49,265 nucleotides of DNA from an uncultured Clostridia bacterium (GTDB taxonomy: Bacteria > Bacillota > Clostridia > TANB77 > CAG-508), in the NCBI GenBank assembly GCA_934167225.1, contig CAKPLD010000003.1, positions 1 to 49,265 of the forward strand, read 5' to 3'. A model generated the notes under the pieces. It saw nothing but the letters and a program-made list of their open reading frames with translations, was not told the DNA's origin and made no database searches. Each line of letters starts with the position of its first letter. The first letter of the stretch is position 1. The translations under genes and the position numbers were made by a program. Below are positions 19,477-27,658 of the stretch, one piece after another.

Positions 19477-19618
19477 TGTTTTTTCCTCCCTAGTATAATA
19501 ATGTTAAGTCAAAAATAACCCGACATTATTATCAAAATTTTTATTTTTTCCGTGATCATTCATTTCTCACACTTTAATATTAGACCAATGTTTGCATACA
19601 ATCCTAACATAAAAAAGA

Positions 19619-20476
19619 TTATATTCTTTTAACAAATCCACTCAAAGTCTTACCTGGCCCAACTTCAATAAAGTTATCAACACCAAGACTTTTCATATTT
19701 AATAAACTTTTAGAAAATCTAACCGGACTCATAATATGTCTAGCTAAAATATCTCTAACATCGTCATTATTATTATAAACTTCTCCATCTATATTTCTAA
19801 CAACTTTGCTTTCAAAATTATTAATCTTAACCTTATCCAATTCTTTCCTTAAAGCATCTGAACTTCTTTTCAATTTTTCTGTATGAAAAGGTCCTGAAGT
19901 TTTTAAAATTCTAATCTTTCTTATCCCCATCTCTTTTGCTAAATTCTGAAGTTCCATTATTCCTTCTTCGTCACCTGTAACAACAACCTGCCCAGGGCAA
20001 TTATAATTTGCAGGAACAGCAAAACCTTTTTTAACTTTACTGCACAAAGTCTCAATATCTTCGTCAGAAACGCCTAATACTGCTGCCATTTGCCAGTTAC
20101 CTTGTGGTGCTAAATCTTGCATAAATTCGCCTCTTTTTTGAACAAGTCTTACTCCATCCTCAAAAGAAAGTGCATTACTATATATTAAAGCTGTATATTC
20201 TCCCAAACTTAAACCTGCTGATATATCTGCTTTAACTCCCTTCTTCTTTAAAACTTCAAGTTCTGCCAAACTATTTGTAAGAACTGCAAGTTGGGTATAT
20301 TTGGTTTGATTTAGCACATCATCAGGTCCTTCGAAAGATATTTTCGCAATGTCTATTCCTGTTATGTCTTTTACTTTATCATAAATGCTTTTGTAATCTT
20401 CATCTGTCTCATATAATTCCTTACCCATTCCAACAAATTGTGAGCCTTGGCCAGGAAATAAAAAACCAATTTTCAT
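19619..20476 (-). CDS. fabD: malonyl CoA-ACP transacylase
   Basis: FPGQGSQ and GLSLGEYTAL motifs. Confidence 0.9.
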   Translation of the reverse strand: MKIGFLFPGQGSQFVGMGKELYETDEDYKSIYDKVKDITGIDIAKISFEGPDDVLNQTKYTQLAVLTNSLAELEVLKKKGVKADISAGLSLGEYTALIYSNALSFEDGVRLVQKRGEFMQDLAPQGNWQMAAVLGVSDEDIETLCSKVKKGFAVPANYNCPGQVVVTGDEEGIMELQNLAKEMGIRKIRILKTSGPFHTEKLKRSSDALRKELDKVKINNFESKVVRNIDGEVYNNNDDVRDILARHIMSPVRFSKSLLNMKSLGVDNFIEVGPGKTLSGFVKRI

Positions 20477-21030
20477 TTCAAATATTCCTCCTTTTTTGTA
20501 ATACTTACAATCACCTTACTATTATCAACATCAATTTTGAACTCTTTTTTAATAGAAGTTGCAATTCCCTTAATTTCATCTGCAAACTTAATTTGATTAG
20601 TATTAATTCCAATTCCAATAACAACACATCTAACCAATCCATTCTGCAACTTAGTTTCAGTAAGTATTCCTCCCAATTTTCTACCATTTAGGTAAATATC
20701 ATTAGGAAACTTTATATCTAAATTAATATCATAAATTTTTTTAAATACTTTAACAACTCTCTTAGCAATCTGGATAGTCAAACCATCTAAATCATCAATC
20801 TTGCAATTTCTTTTACTTAAATCAAAATAAACTGAAAAAGCAATATTGTTTTCTTCGTCTGTATGCCAAGCCCTTCCATGTGTTCCTATTGCTGATGTTT
20901 GAATGTCTGCTATAATCATGGTTCTATCCATAATTGTTCCATTTTCAAATCTTCTCCAAATTTCTTTTTGAGTCGAATCTATTGTTTTATAATGAAATAC
21001 CTTAAAATCGTTTAAACTATATTCCCTCAT
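20473..21030 (-). CDS. biotin/lipoate protein ligase family protein (short BirA-like, no HTH)
   Basis: 185 aa; BPL-type core (QTSAIGTHGRAWHT ... KFPNDIYLNGRKLGGIL). It overlaps the fabD start by 4 nt and the upstream ligase gene by 14 nt. Confidence 0.6.
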   Translation of the reverse strand: MREYSLNDFKVFHYKTIDSTQKEIWRRFENGTIMDRTMIIADIQTSAIGTHGRAWHTDEENNIAFSVYFDLSKRNCKIDDLDGLTIQIAKRVVKVFKKIYDINLDIKFPNDIYLNGRKLGGILTETKLQNGLVRCVVIGIGINTNQIKFADEIKGIATSIKKEFKIDVDNSKVIVSITKKEEYLK

Positions 21031-22747
21031 TTTTCTTTTCTTCCTCTAAAATTTTTTCCAAATTTTGCTGTCTTTTTAATTTATTTGTAGTTGTTTTTAT
21101 AAGAGGTTCCTTAGTTAAAGAAAATCCTCTAATAGCCTTATATTTTGGCATAAGACTGTTTATTTCTCTTATTTTCTTAGCAATTTCGTCATGAATTTCT
21201 TTTTTATTTTTAACTTTATATGCATTTTTTACAATTTCTTCATCATAAACTATTTTTGCATAAATTTTAATATTTTCCCTATCATCTGAAAGTGGTCTTC
21301 CATATACAAAAGATTCTTCTACTCCCTCTATTTTATTTATAAGATTTTCCATTTCTTCTGGATAAATATTTTTACCATTTTTTAAAACAATAACATTCTT
21401 TTTTCTTCCACAAATAAAAATATATCCTTCATCATCAATTTTTGCCAAATCCCCTGTATAAAACCAACCATCAACAATAGCTTTTTTTGTTGCGTCCTTA
21501 TTTTTATAATACCCAATCATTATGTTAGGACCTTTTACAATAAGTTCTCCAATTCCCTCTTTGTTGCAATCTATTACCTTTGCTTCAACAGAAGGAACTG
21601 TCTTACCAATAGAACCAACTTTGTGATATTTCTTATTGCCAATACCTATAACAGGCGAAGTTTCTGTAAGTCCATAGCCTTGAACTAAATTTAGTCCTAG
21701 CTTTCTATATTTTTCCTCTATTTCTTTATCCAAACTCGCTGCCCCACTAATTAAAAGTTTTATATTTCCACCTAACATGTCGTGTATATTTCTAAATACT
21801 TTTTTCTTTTCTTCCATTGAAGAATTTTTGTATTTTTCTTCATTTTCAAGTATTTCCTCTAAATTATCACTTTTTGAAATTTCTCTTCTAATTATTTTAA
21901 AAATTCTTTCATAAATTGCAGGAACAGATGCCATTACACTTACTTTATATTCTCTTAAATTTTCTACGATATATCTTATTCCATCTGCAAACACAGTTTG
22001 TGCCCCAACATATAGCGAAAATAAAAATCCAACTGTACATTCAAACACATGGTGCAATGGTAAAAAAGATAAAAATACATCATTTGAGTTTATATCTAAA
22101 ACAGATGCTATATCCATTAAATTTGATACCAAATTTTTATGCGAAAGAGCAACTATTTTAGAATCTGATGTAGTTCCTGATGTAAATAACATTATTGACA
22201 TTTTTTCATTATCAATTACAGCATCTATAAAGTTTGTATCTCCTTCATCTATCAATTTTTTTCCTTCTTTTATTAGCTCTTTTTGCGAATATATCCCCTC
22301 TGTATGATGTTCTAAATCCATAGATATTAGTGTTTTTATTTTGCCAATTCCTCTTCCTACTATTGTTTTTAAAGATTCCATATATTTATCTGAAAAGAAA
22401 ATAGCTTCCACTTCTGAACGTTCTATTACTTTTTCCAATTCATTTTGAGGCAAAGATTTATCTAATGGTACCACTATTCCTGTGCCACACACAATTGATA
22501 AATATGCTACTTCCCATTCATATCTGTTTTCTCCAATTACTGCTATCCTTTTATCTTTCAATCCTAAATCTATTAATCTTGTTCCTAAGCAATTTATCAT
22601 TTGTCTTATTTGTTTATGTGTATATGTTTTATATCGATTGTCTTTTTTTATTTTATATGCTATTTTATCTCCATATTTTTCACCAGATTTTTTTAGCATA
22701 TCTTTTAAATCTTTTACTTCTTGATATTTATATAATTTTTCTGACAT
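21017..22747 (-). CDS. long-chain acyl-CoA ligase (AMP-binding family)
   Basis: 576 aa. Motifs FTSGTTSDSK, GYGLTETSP and YTGDLA. Confidence 0.8.
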   Translation of the reverse strand: MSEKLYKYQEVKDLKDMLKKSGEKYGDKIAYKIKKDNRYKTYTHKQIRQMINCLGTRLIDLGLKDKRIAVIGENRYEWEVAYLSIVCGTGIVVPLDKSLPQNELEKVIERSEVEAIFFSDKYMESLKTIVGRGIGKIKTLISMDLEHHTEGIYSQKELIKEGKKLIDEGDTNFIDAVIDNEKMSIMLFTSGTTSDSKIVALSHKNLVSNLMDIASVLDINSNDVFLSFLPLHHVFECTVGFLFSLYVGAQTVFADGIRYIVENLREYKVSVMASVPAIYERIFKIIRREISKSDNLEEILENEEKYKNSSMEEKKKVFRNIHDMLGGNIKLLISGAASLDKEIEEKYRKLGLNLVQGYGLTETSPVIGIGNKKYHKVGSIGKTVPSVEAKVIDCNKEGIGELIVKGPNIMIGYYKNKDATKKAIVDGWFYTGDLAKIDDEGYIFICGRKKNVIVLKNGKNIYPEEMENLINKIEGVEESFVYGRPLSDDRENIKIYAKIVYDEEIVKNAYKVKNKKEIHDEIAKKIREINSLMPKYKAIRGFSLTKEPLIKTTTNKLKRQQNLEKILEEEKKNEGI

Positions 22748-22881
22748 TTGCTCTCCTCCTTTGTCCGATATAGTTATAACATATTTCTATTTTGTTTGTA
22801 ATTGGACTGGGAGGTCAGTATAAAAATTTTGACATATTTTTAAACAAATGCTATCATTATAAAAACAAATATATAGAGGAG

Positions 22882-23371
22882 ATGAAAATATTGAATACAA
22901 ATCAAAATCTTTGGAACGATATAGTTAAATTACTTATAGAAAAAAAGCTAACCATTTCAACTATGGAAAGTTGTACAGGCGGAGGTATAGCAAATGAAAT
23001 AACCAATATTTCTGGAGCCTCATCTGTATTAAGAGAAAGCTATGTTACATATTGTAATGAAGCTAAAATTAATTTAGGTGTATCTTCTGATACAATCAAA
23101 AAATTTACAGTATATAGTCAAGAAACTGCAACAGAAATGGCAAAAGCCGTAAAAAGAAAAGCAAACTCAGATATTGCAATCGGTGTTACACGGACAATTA
23201 GGAAGAATAGATCCTAACAACCCAAATCCACAACTAAATCACGTTTGGTTTACAATTGTTTATAAAAACACTGTTATTGAAAACGAATTACAAGTTTCTA
23301 ATTGTGAAAGAAGCAAACAAAAAGCTATGATTATTGACAATATAGCATTCACACTTCTTAAACTGCTTTAA
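22882..23371 (+). CDS. pncC: nicotinamide-nucleotide amidohydrolase (CinA C-terminal/PncC type); the two ORF pieces are joined by a +1 shift at in-frame CGG
   Basis: TMESCTGGGIANEITNISGAS. The junction gtt aca CGG aca gives DIAIGVT-G-QLGRIDPNNPN, restoring the conserved TG of PncC. The start is ATG 22882 or TTG 22891. Confidence 0.7.
23191..23193 (+). other. in-frame CGG, proposed +1 recoding site (pncC)
   Basis: aca CGG a. The 0 frame stops 8 codons later; the +1 frame GGA is open to 23371. Confidence 0.6.
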
Positions 23372-23380
23372 CATTTACTA

Positions 23381-23421
23381 AAATAGAGAATAGCTATTTA
23401 TATAACTATCCTCTATTTTTT
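23381..23421. terminator. bidirectional intrinsic terminator
   Basis: aatagagaatag / ctatcctctatt imperfect stem followed by a T-run, between convergent pncC and prx. Confidence 0.5.
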
Positions 23422-23424
23422 ATT

Positions 23425-24039
23425 TTAATTTTTTTCATTTTTCCAAGAATCCATCAGTTCTGGATATGTTTTTGGAGCAGGTTTAATCACAGGCTGACCT
23501 GGAATCCAATTTACTGGTATTAATGTTTTTGTAGAATCAGCCATTTGAAGTGCTTGCAGTATTCTTATTATTTCTGCTATATTTCTTCCTACATTTGGTG
23601 GATATACTAATATTATTCTTACAATTCCATCTGGGTCAATTATTATAACATCTCTTACCGTTTGAGTATTACTTATATCTTTTGATACCATTCCATATAA
23701 TCTTGCTATTTCCCCACTTCTATCTGCTATTATTGGAAATGGTAAGACTATTCCCGTTTTTTGATATATGTCGTTCATCCATGCTAAATGCGAACTATTA
23801 CTATCTATGCTTAACCCTAGTAGTTCTGTATTTATTTTTTGAAAATGCTCATATGTTTTGGCAAATGCTATCATTTCTGTTGTACATACAGGCATAAAGT
23901 CTCCTGGATGGCTAAAGAATACTAACCATTTTCCTTTATAATCTTTTAAACTCCTTTCACCATATGTAGTTATCGCTTGGAAATCTGGGGCTTTTTGCCC
24001 TATCTTGATGTTTGAATTCATCATTAATTCATAATCCAT
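23425..24039 (-). CDS. peroxiredoxin (Prx6-like, AhpC/TSA family)
   Basis: 204 aa with FSHPGDFMPVCTTE. Confidence 0.85.
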   Translation of the reverse strand: MDYELMMNSNIKIGQKAPDFQAITTYGERSLKDYKGKWLVFFSHPGDFMPVCTTEMIAFAKTYEHFQKINTELLGLSIDSNSSHLAWMNDIYQKTGIVLPFPIIADRSGEIARLYGMVSKDISNTQTVRDVIIIDPDGIVRIILVYPPNVGRNIAEIIRILQALQMADSTKTLIPVNWIPGQPVIKPAPKTYPELMDSWKNEKN

Positions 24040-24050
24040 AAAAAACTTCC

Positions 24051-24100
24051 TTTCATACTTTTGTATATTGTATGAAGAAAAAAATTTTTGTTTACAATTT
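24051..24100. repeat. 50-bp direct repeat, copy A (abuts the prx SD)
   Basis: tttcatacttttgtatattgtatgaagaaaaaaatttttgtttacaattt, identical to 24341-24390. Confidence 0.95.
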
Positions 24101-24106
24101 ATTATC

Positions 24107-24196
24107 CTACAGTTTTATTAAATCTTTGTAATTTGCAGGAAATCCCATTTTGTATAGAACTTTCTCAATTGATATTGTTTTTAATACTTTTTCCAC
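24107..24196 (-). CDS. hypothetical 29-aa leader ORF (GTG start)
   Basis: SD aaggagg lies 5 nt before the GTG. Product is VEKVLKTISIEKVLYKMGFPANYKDLIKL. It sits between a strong promoter and prx. Confidence 0.3.
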   Translation of the reverse strand: MEKVLKTISIEKVLYKMGFPANYKDLIKL

Positions 24197-24219
24197 TATT
24201 TCCTCCTTAATGCAAAATG

Positions 24220-24246
24220 ACCTCGGGCCCGTAGGTTATCCGAGGT
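24220..24246 (-). other. GC-rich hairpin in the leader transcript
   Basis: acctcgg / ccgaggt stem with a 13-nt loop. The hairpin is unusually GC-rich for this genome and lies directly upstream of the sORF SD. Confidence 0.5.
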
Positions 24247-24262
24247 TCGATCTACTATAGAT

Positions 24263-24292
24263 AGTATAACATTTATATTTTTGTTTTGTCAA
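24263..24292 (-). promoter_or_regulatory. sigma-A promoter, TTGACA, 18 nt, TGtTATACT (extended -10)
   Basis: On the plus strand, tgtcaa is at 24287-24292 and agtataaca at 24263-24271. Confidence 0.55.
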
Positions 24293-24340
24293 TAGAAATG
24301 TTATATTTTCTATTAATATTAGTATGTTATATTATTCAAT

Positions 24341-24390
24341 TTTCATACTTTTGTATATTGTATGAAGAAAAAAATTTTTGTTTACAATTT
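24341..24390. repeat. 50-bp direct repeat, copy B (abuts the mntP stop)
   Basis: Identical to 24051-24100. Confidence 0.95.
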
Positions 24391-24955
24391 AAAATGATAT
24401 TACACCCAAATGTTCTAATAAAATTTTAATTCCAAGTAAAACCAAAATAACTCCGCCAACTAATTCGGCTTTGCTTTCATATTTATCACCAAATTTATTT
24501 CCAATTTTTGTTCCAGCAACAACCAAAACAAAAGTAATAATTCCAATTAAACTAACTGCTAAAATTAAATTCACTTTCAAGAATGCAAAAGTAATTCCTA
24601 CTGCTAACGCATCTATACTAGTTGCAATTGCAAGGACAATCATTGTTTTTAAACTAACATCATCATTTCTATTTTCGCTATCATCTCCAAAAGATTCCTT
24701 TATCATGCCACCTCCTATAATTGTTAACAATAAAAATGCAATCCAGTGGTCTATACTTGTTATTAAATTTTGAAATGCAGATCCTAGAAAAAAGCCAATG
24801 GTAGGCATTAAAGCTTGAAATCCACCAAAATATAGGCCTATGATTATTGCCTTTTTCCAATTCATTTTCTTCATTGATATGCCTTTACAAATTGATACTG
24901 CAAATGCATCCATTGCAAGGCCTATACTTAATAATAATAATTCTACTATTCCCAT
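24389..24955 (-). CDS. mntP: manganese efflux pump MntP
   Basis: 188 aa, six TM helices, duplicated motifs [10 protein letters not shown] and [10 protein letters not shown]. Confidence 0.8.
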   Translation of the reverse strand: MGIVELLLLSIGLAMDAFAVSICKGISMKKMNWKKAIIIGLYFGGFQALMPTIGFFLGSAFQNLITSIDHWIAFLLLTIIGGGMIKESFGDDSENRNDDVSLKTMIVLAIATSIDALAVGITFAFLKVNLILAVSLIGIITFVLVVAGTKIGNKFGDKYESKAELVGGVILVLLGIKILLEHLGVISF

Positions 24956-25056
24956 TTTTTATTCCTTCCTTTTTATTTATATTAGTTTTATATGTAAAAA
25001 AGACTTTGTTTTGTGATTTTTTAGTAAGTCTTTTATTATATTTATATAAGCGTTTC

Positions 25057-25097
25057 AAAGACGATGATTATGCAAAATAATCATCGTCTTTGTGGAG
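25057..25097 (-). terminator. GC-rich hairpin terminator of the beta-CASP cassette
   Basis: Stem aaagacgatgatta / taatcatcgtcttt. Confidence 0.55.
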
Positions 25098-25100
25098 AAT

Positions 25101-26615
25101 CTATCTTATTTTCACCCTCTTTTTCTTCGTTTCCTTTTTTTCTTTCTTACCGTCACCACGACTCATAATCGTCGGTAATTTCGATGGAAAGACCTTGATC
25201 GTACCATATCTTCCCACTCTAACAACCTTTGAATGATCCAGTACAACAGTATTTTTTGCTGTACAGCTTGGATCTTCTTTGATTCTTTCAGTAAAATCTT
25301 CTTTGACATCCGGCTCTCCATGGTTAATCAGTACCACTTTCAAGTTACGGAACTGTGTTAAAAACTCAAGGAGCTCGTCTGCTTTAGCGTGTGACGAAAA
25401 CTCTCCTGTTGTCTTTACTTCAGCCCTTTTAACGATAGGAGTACCGTTAACTTTTATGACCTTTCCGTCTTCCGCTTCCAACAATCTCCTTCCTAGTGTT
25501 CCTTCTGCGGTATAACCCGTAAAATGGATCAGCGCATTAGGATCGGAAAGGAACATCGGGATTATCGTCTGAGCAGGCCCAAATGAACCCATTCCAGAGG
25601 TTGTTACGATAACAGCTCCGTTTTTTGAGTTTCTGGCCTTTTCTTCGATAGACTTGGTATCACTTAACCAAGTAAGATTTTTCGGTAGGAAGTTTTTCAT
25701 TTCCTCCTTAATCTCCAGCTCTTCGATATACATTTTTGTATACCGAGCGGCCAGATTACCTACAAAGAAAACCGGCGTTTTCCTTGTAATACTACCTTTG
25801 TCTTGCATGCTTTTTAAAACATACAAAATCTCTTGTGACCGCCCAATCGCAAATACTGGAACAACAACAGTTCCACCTTTTGCAATTGCACTAGCCACAT
25901 TTTCCTCAAAGGTTTTGGGGATATCTGTAGAGACAGTATCGCCATATGTTGACTCTGTCAATACAGTAACCGGCTCTTCCTTTATAAGCCATTCCGGAAA
26001 ATCATCTGTTTCAAAGAAGAGATTTTCCTTCTTGTAGTCCCCAGTCGCAACGATAAAAATCGGCTCTTCTCCCTGATACTCGGCTCGAATCACAATAGAT
26101 GCAGATCCTGCTAAGTGTCCATTTCTCACGAACATTGCACTTACATGCTCTGTGAGCTTAGCCCATCTTTTTGGCGTAACAGCCACTGTTTGTTGCAATA
26201 ATCGCTCCACATCTTCCTTCTGGTAAAGCGGCTTTCTTTTGGCTTGCTTTGCATGAAGTTTTTGCAACTTCACACTATCCTCTAACGCTATGGGTAATAG
26301 CGCTAAAGTTTCCTGCGTCCCATACACCTTTCCGGCAAATCCTTGCTTAGCAAGTAACGGCAAGCGTCCAATATGGTCCGCATGTACGTGCGTAACTACT
26401 ACACACTGCACATCTCTTGGAACGAAATAGAACTTTTCGTTCAATTTCTCATACTGTTTTTCCTGGTAGCTTCCGCAATCTATCAGGATATGCTCCTTAG
26501 TCCCATCTGGATACACGAATGTTACTAAGATGCACGAGCCAGTTACACCATCGTGACTGGCCATCACATCAGCATAGAACCTGTATTTTTTACCCAATAA
26601 ATTCATCTCCTTCAA
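25101..26615 (-). CDS. metallo-beta-lactamase fold beta-CASP nuclease (RNase J/CPSF-like), GC-richer than its surroundings
   Basis: Motifs ILIDCG, THVHADH, TESTYG, FAIGRSQE (beta-CASP), FSSHAKADEL and LINHGEP, plus a Lys-rich tail. It has its own TTGACA-type promoter and terminator. It contains two in-frame CGG codons read as Arg. Confidence 0.8.
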   Translation of the reverse strand: MKEMNLLGKKYRFYADVMASHDGVTGSCILVTFVYPDGTKEHILIDCGSYQEKQYEKLNEKFYFVPRDVQCVVVTHVHADHIGRLPLLAKQGFAGKVYGTQETLALLPIALEDSVKLQKLHAKQAKRKPLYQKEDVERLLQQTVAVTPKRWAKLTEHVSAMFVRNGHLAGSASIVIRAEYQGEEPIFIVATGDYKKENLFFETDDFPEWLIKEEPVTVLTESTYGDTVSTDIPKTFEENVASAIAKGGTVVVPVFAIGRSQEILYVLKSMQDKGSITRKTPVFFVGNLAARYTKMYIEELEIKEEMKNFLPKNLTWLSDTKSIEEKARNSKNGAVIVTTSGMGSFGPAQTIIPMFLSDPNALIHFTGYTAEGTLGRRLLEAEDGKVIKVNGTPIVKRAEVKTTGEFSSHAKADELLEFLTQFRNLKVVLINHGEPDVKEDFTERIKEDPSCTAKNTVVLDHSKVVRVGRYGTIKVFPSKLPTIMSRGDGKKEKKETKKKRVKIR

Positions 26616-26715
26616 AATTTTCCACGAGATTATTGCCTACATTGTACACTAGTTTATCACCATATTAACTTTATGTCAATCTTTTTCAAGTCTAAAACTA
26701 ATATCTTTTAAAAAA

Positions 26716-27639
26716 CTACTCCCCATTCGCCAAAAAAGCCAACTCCAAAGCGCCTTCTTTACTATCGGCACTGCAAATAAAACCAGCATTGTGGCAAAAT
26801 CTAGCTGTTTTCACACCAGTTGCATCTTGAAGCTCTTTATCTTTTAAACCTCTCCACTTAGAAGGTAAACTCTTTCTATTTTCAAAACTTCCAATTTCTT
26901 TAGGCACAGCATACACATTATATCCCCCTCTAGAAGATGGAAAAACCACAAAATTTATTGTTTCGGCCTTTTCATTATTAGAATTAAGTAAAAATTCCTT
27001 CCATGGAGCAAAAACATCTAAAATCATGATTCCATTTTTTGAATTTTCTATTGATTCTTCAATTAAATTCTTTGCTTTAATTTTAGAAAAAACATCATGC
27101 AAAAACTCATCAAATATAACTTCACAGACACTTAGTGCTCTCATAAACTTCTCATCACTGTCGACTTTTTCATCCCATTTAGGGTTAAATATTGATACAA
27201 TATGAGATATATGCACATTTCTATAATCTGTATCAAGTTTTGGAAGCTGACCATTATCGTTTGCATCCACAAACTGAATTAGATTTTTATCAATATAATT
27301 CCATGTATAATTAATTTCTTTTACATCATACTTTTCTAGTAATTCCTTGCCAAACGCTTTCCAAATTAGGCCACATGCCGCATATTTTACGCCATTAGGT
27401 CGAATTCCATTTCCACCTAGTTGATGATGATCATATTCTCCTGCACCTATATCGTACACGATTGCATTAGCTTTTGTTTTAGATTTTTCTTGTTCTCTAT
27501 ACTCTGGAACCCTTATTAAGGTTATTTCAGGTATTATTTTTGATAATATTATTGTTGCAAATACTTCATCTGCATGAAATGTTCCTGCATGTGTTATACA
27601 ATTTGCTTCTTCTATATTTTTAGTTATTTTTATATTCAT
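26716..27639 (-). CDS. MYG1/UPF0160 family metal-dependent hydrolase
   Basis: Starts MNIKITKNIEEANCITHAGTFHADEVFAT with an SD-like agagg 7 nt upstream. The ORF track fuses it to the upstream gene. Confidence 0.75.
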   Translation of the reverse strand: MNIKITKNIEEANCITHAGTFHADEVFATIILSKIIPEITLIRVPEYREQEKSKTKANAIVYDIGAGEYDHHQLGGNGIRPNGVKYAACGLIWKAFGKELLEKYDVKEINYTWNYIDKNLIQFVDANDNGQLPKLDTDYRNVHISHIVSIFNPKWDEKVDSDEKFMRALSVCEVIFDEFLHDVFSKIKAKNLIEESIENSKNGIMILDVFAPWKEFLLNSNNEKAETINFVVFPSSRGGYNVYAVPKEIGSFENRKSLPSKWRGLKDKELQDATGVKTARFCHNAGFICSADSKEGALELAFLANGE

Positions 27640-27658
27640 GTTTGCACCTCTTTTCAAA

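Noticed and set aside
24220-24256. A tRNA or tmRNA fragment, suggested by ccgaggttcgatc (T-loop-like).
   Set aside because: There is no complementary T-stem 3' half, no acceptor or anticodon arms, and a cloverleaf cannot be drawn.
24956-25056. A yybP-ykoY manganese riboswitch upstream of mntP.
   Set aside because: It would be expected for mntP. The leader is AT-rich and lacks the conserved G-rich and GAGA-type segments I remember. Only a simple AT-rich hairpin (aaaagactt/aagtctttt) is present. A covariance-model scan would be needed to be sure.
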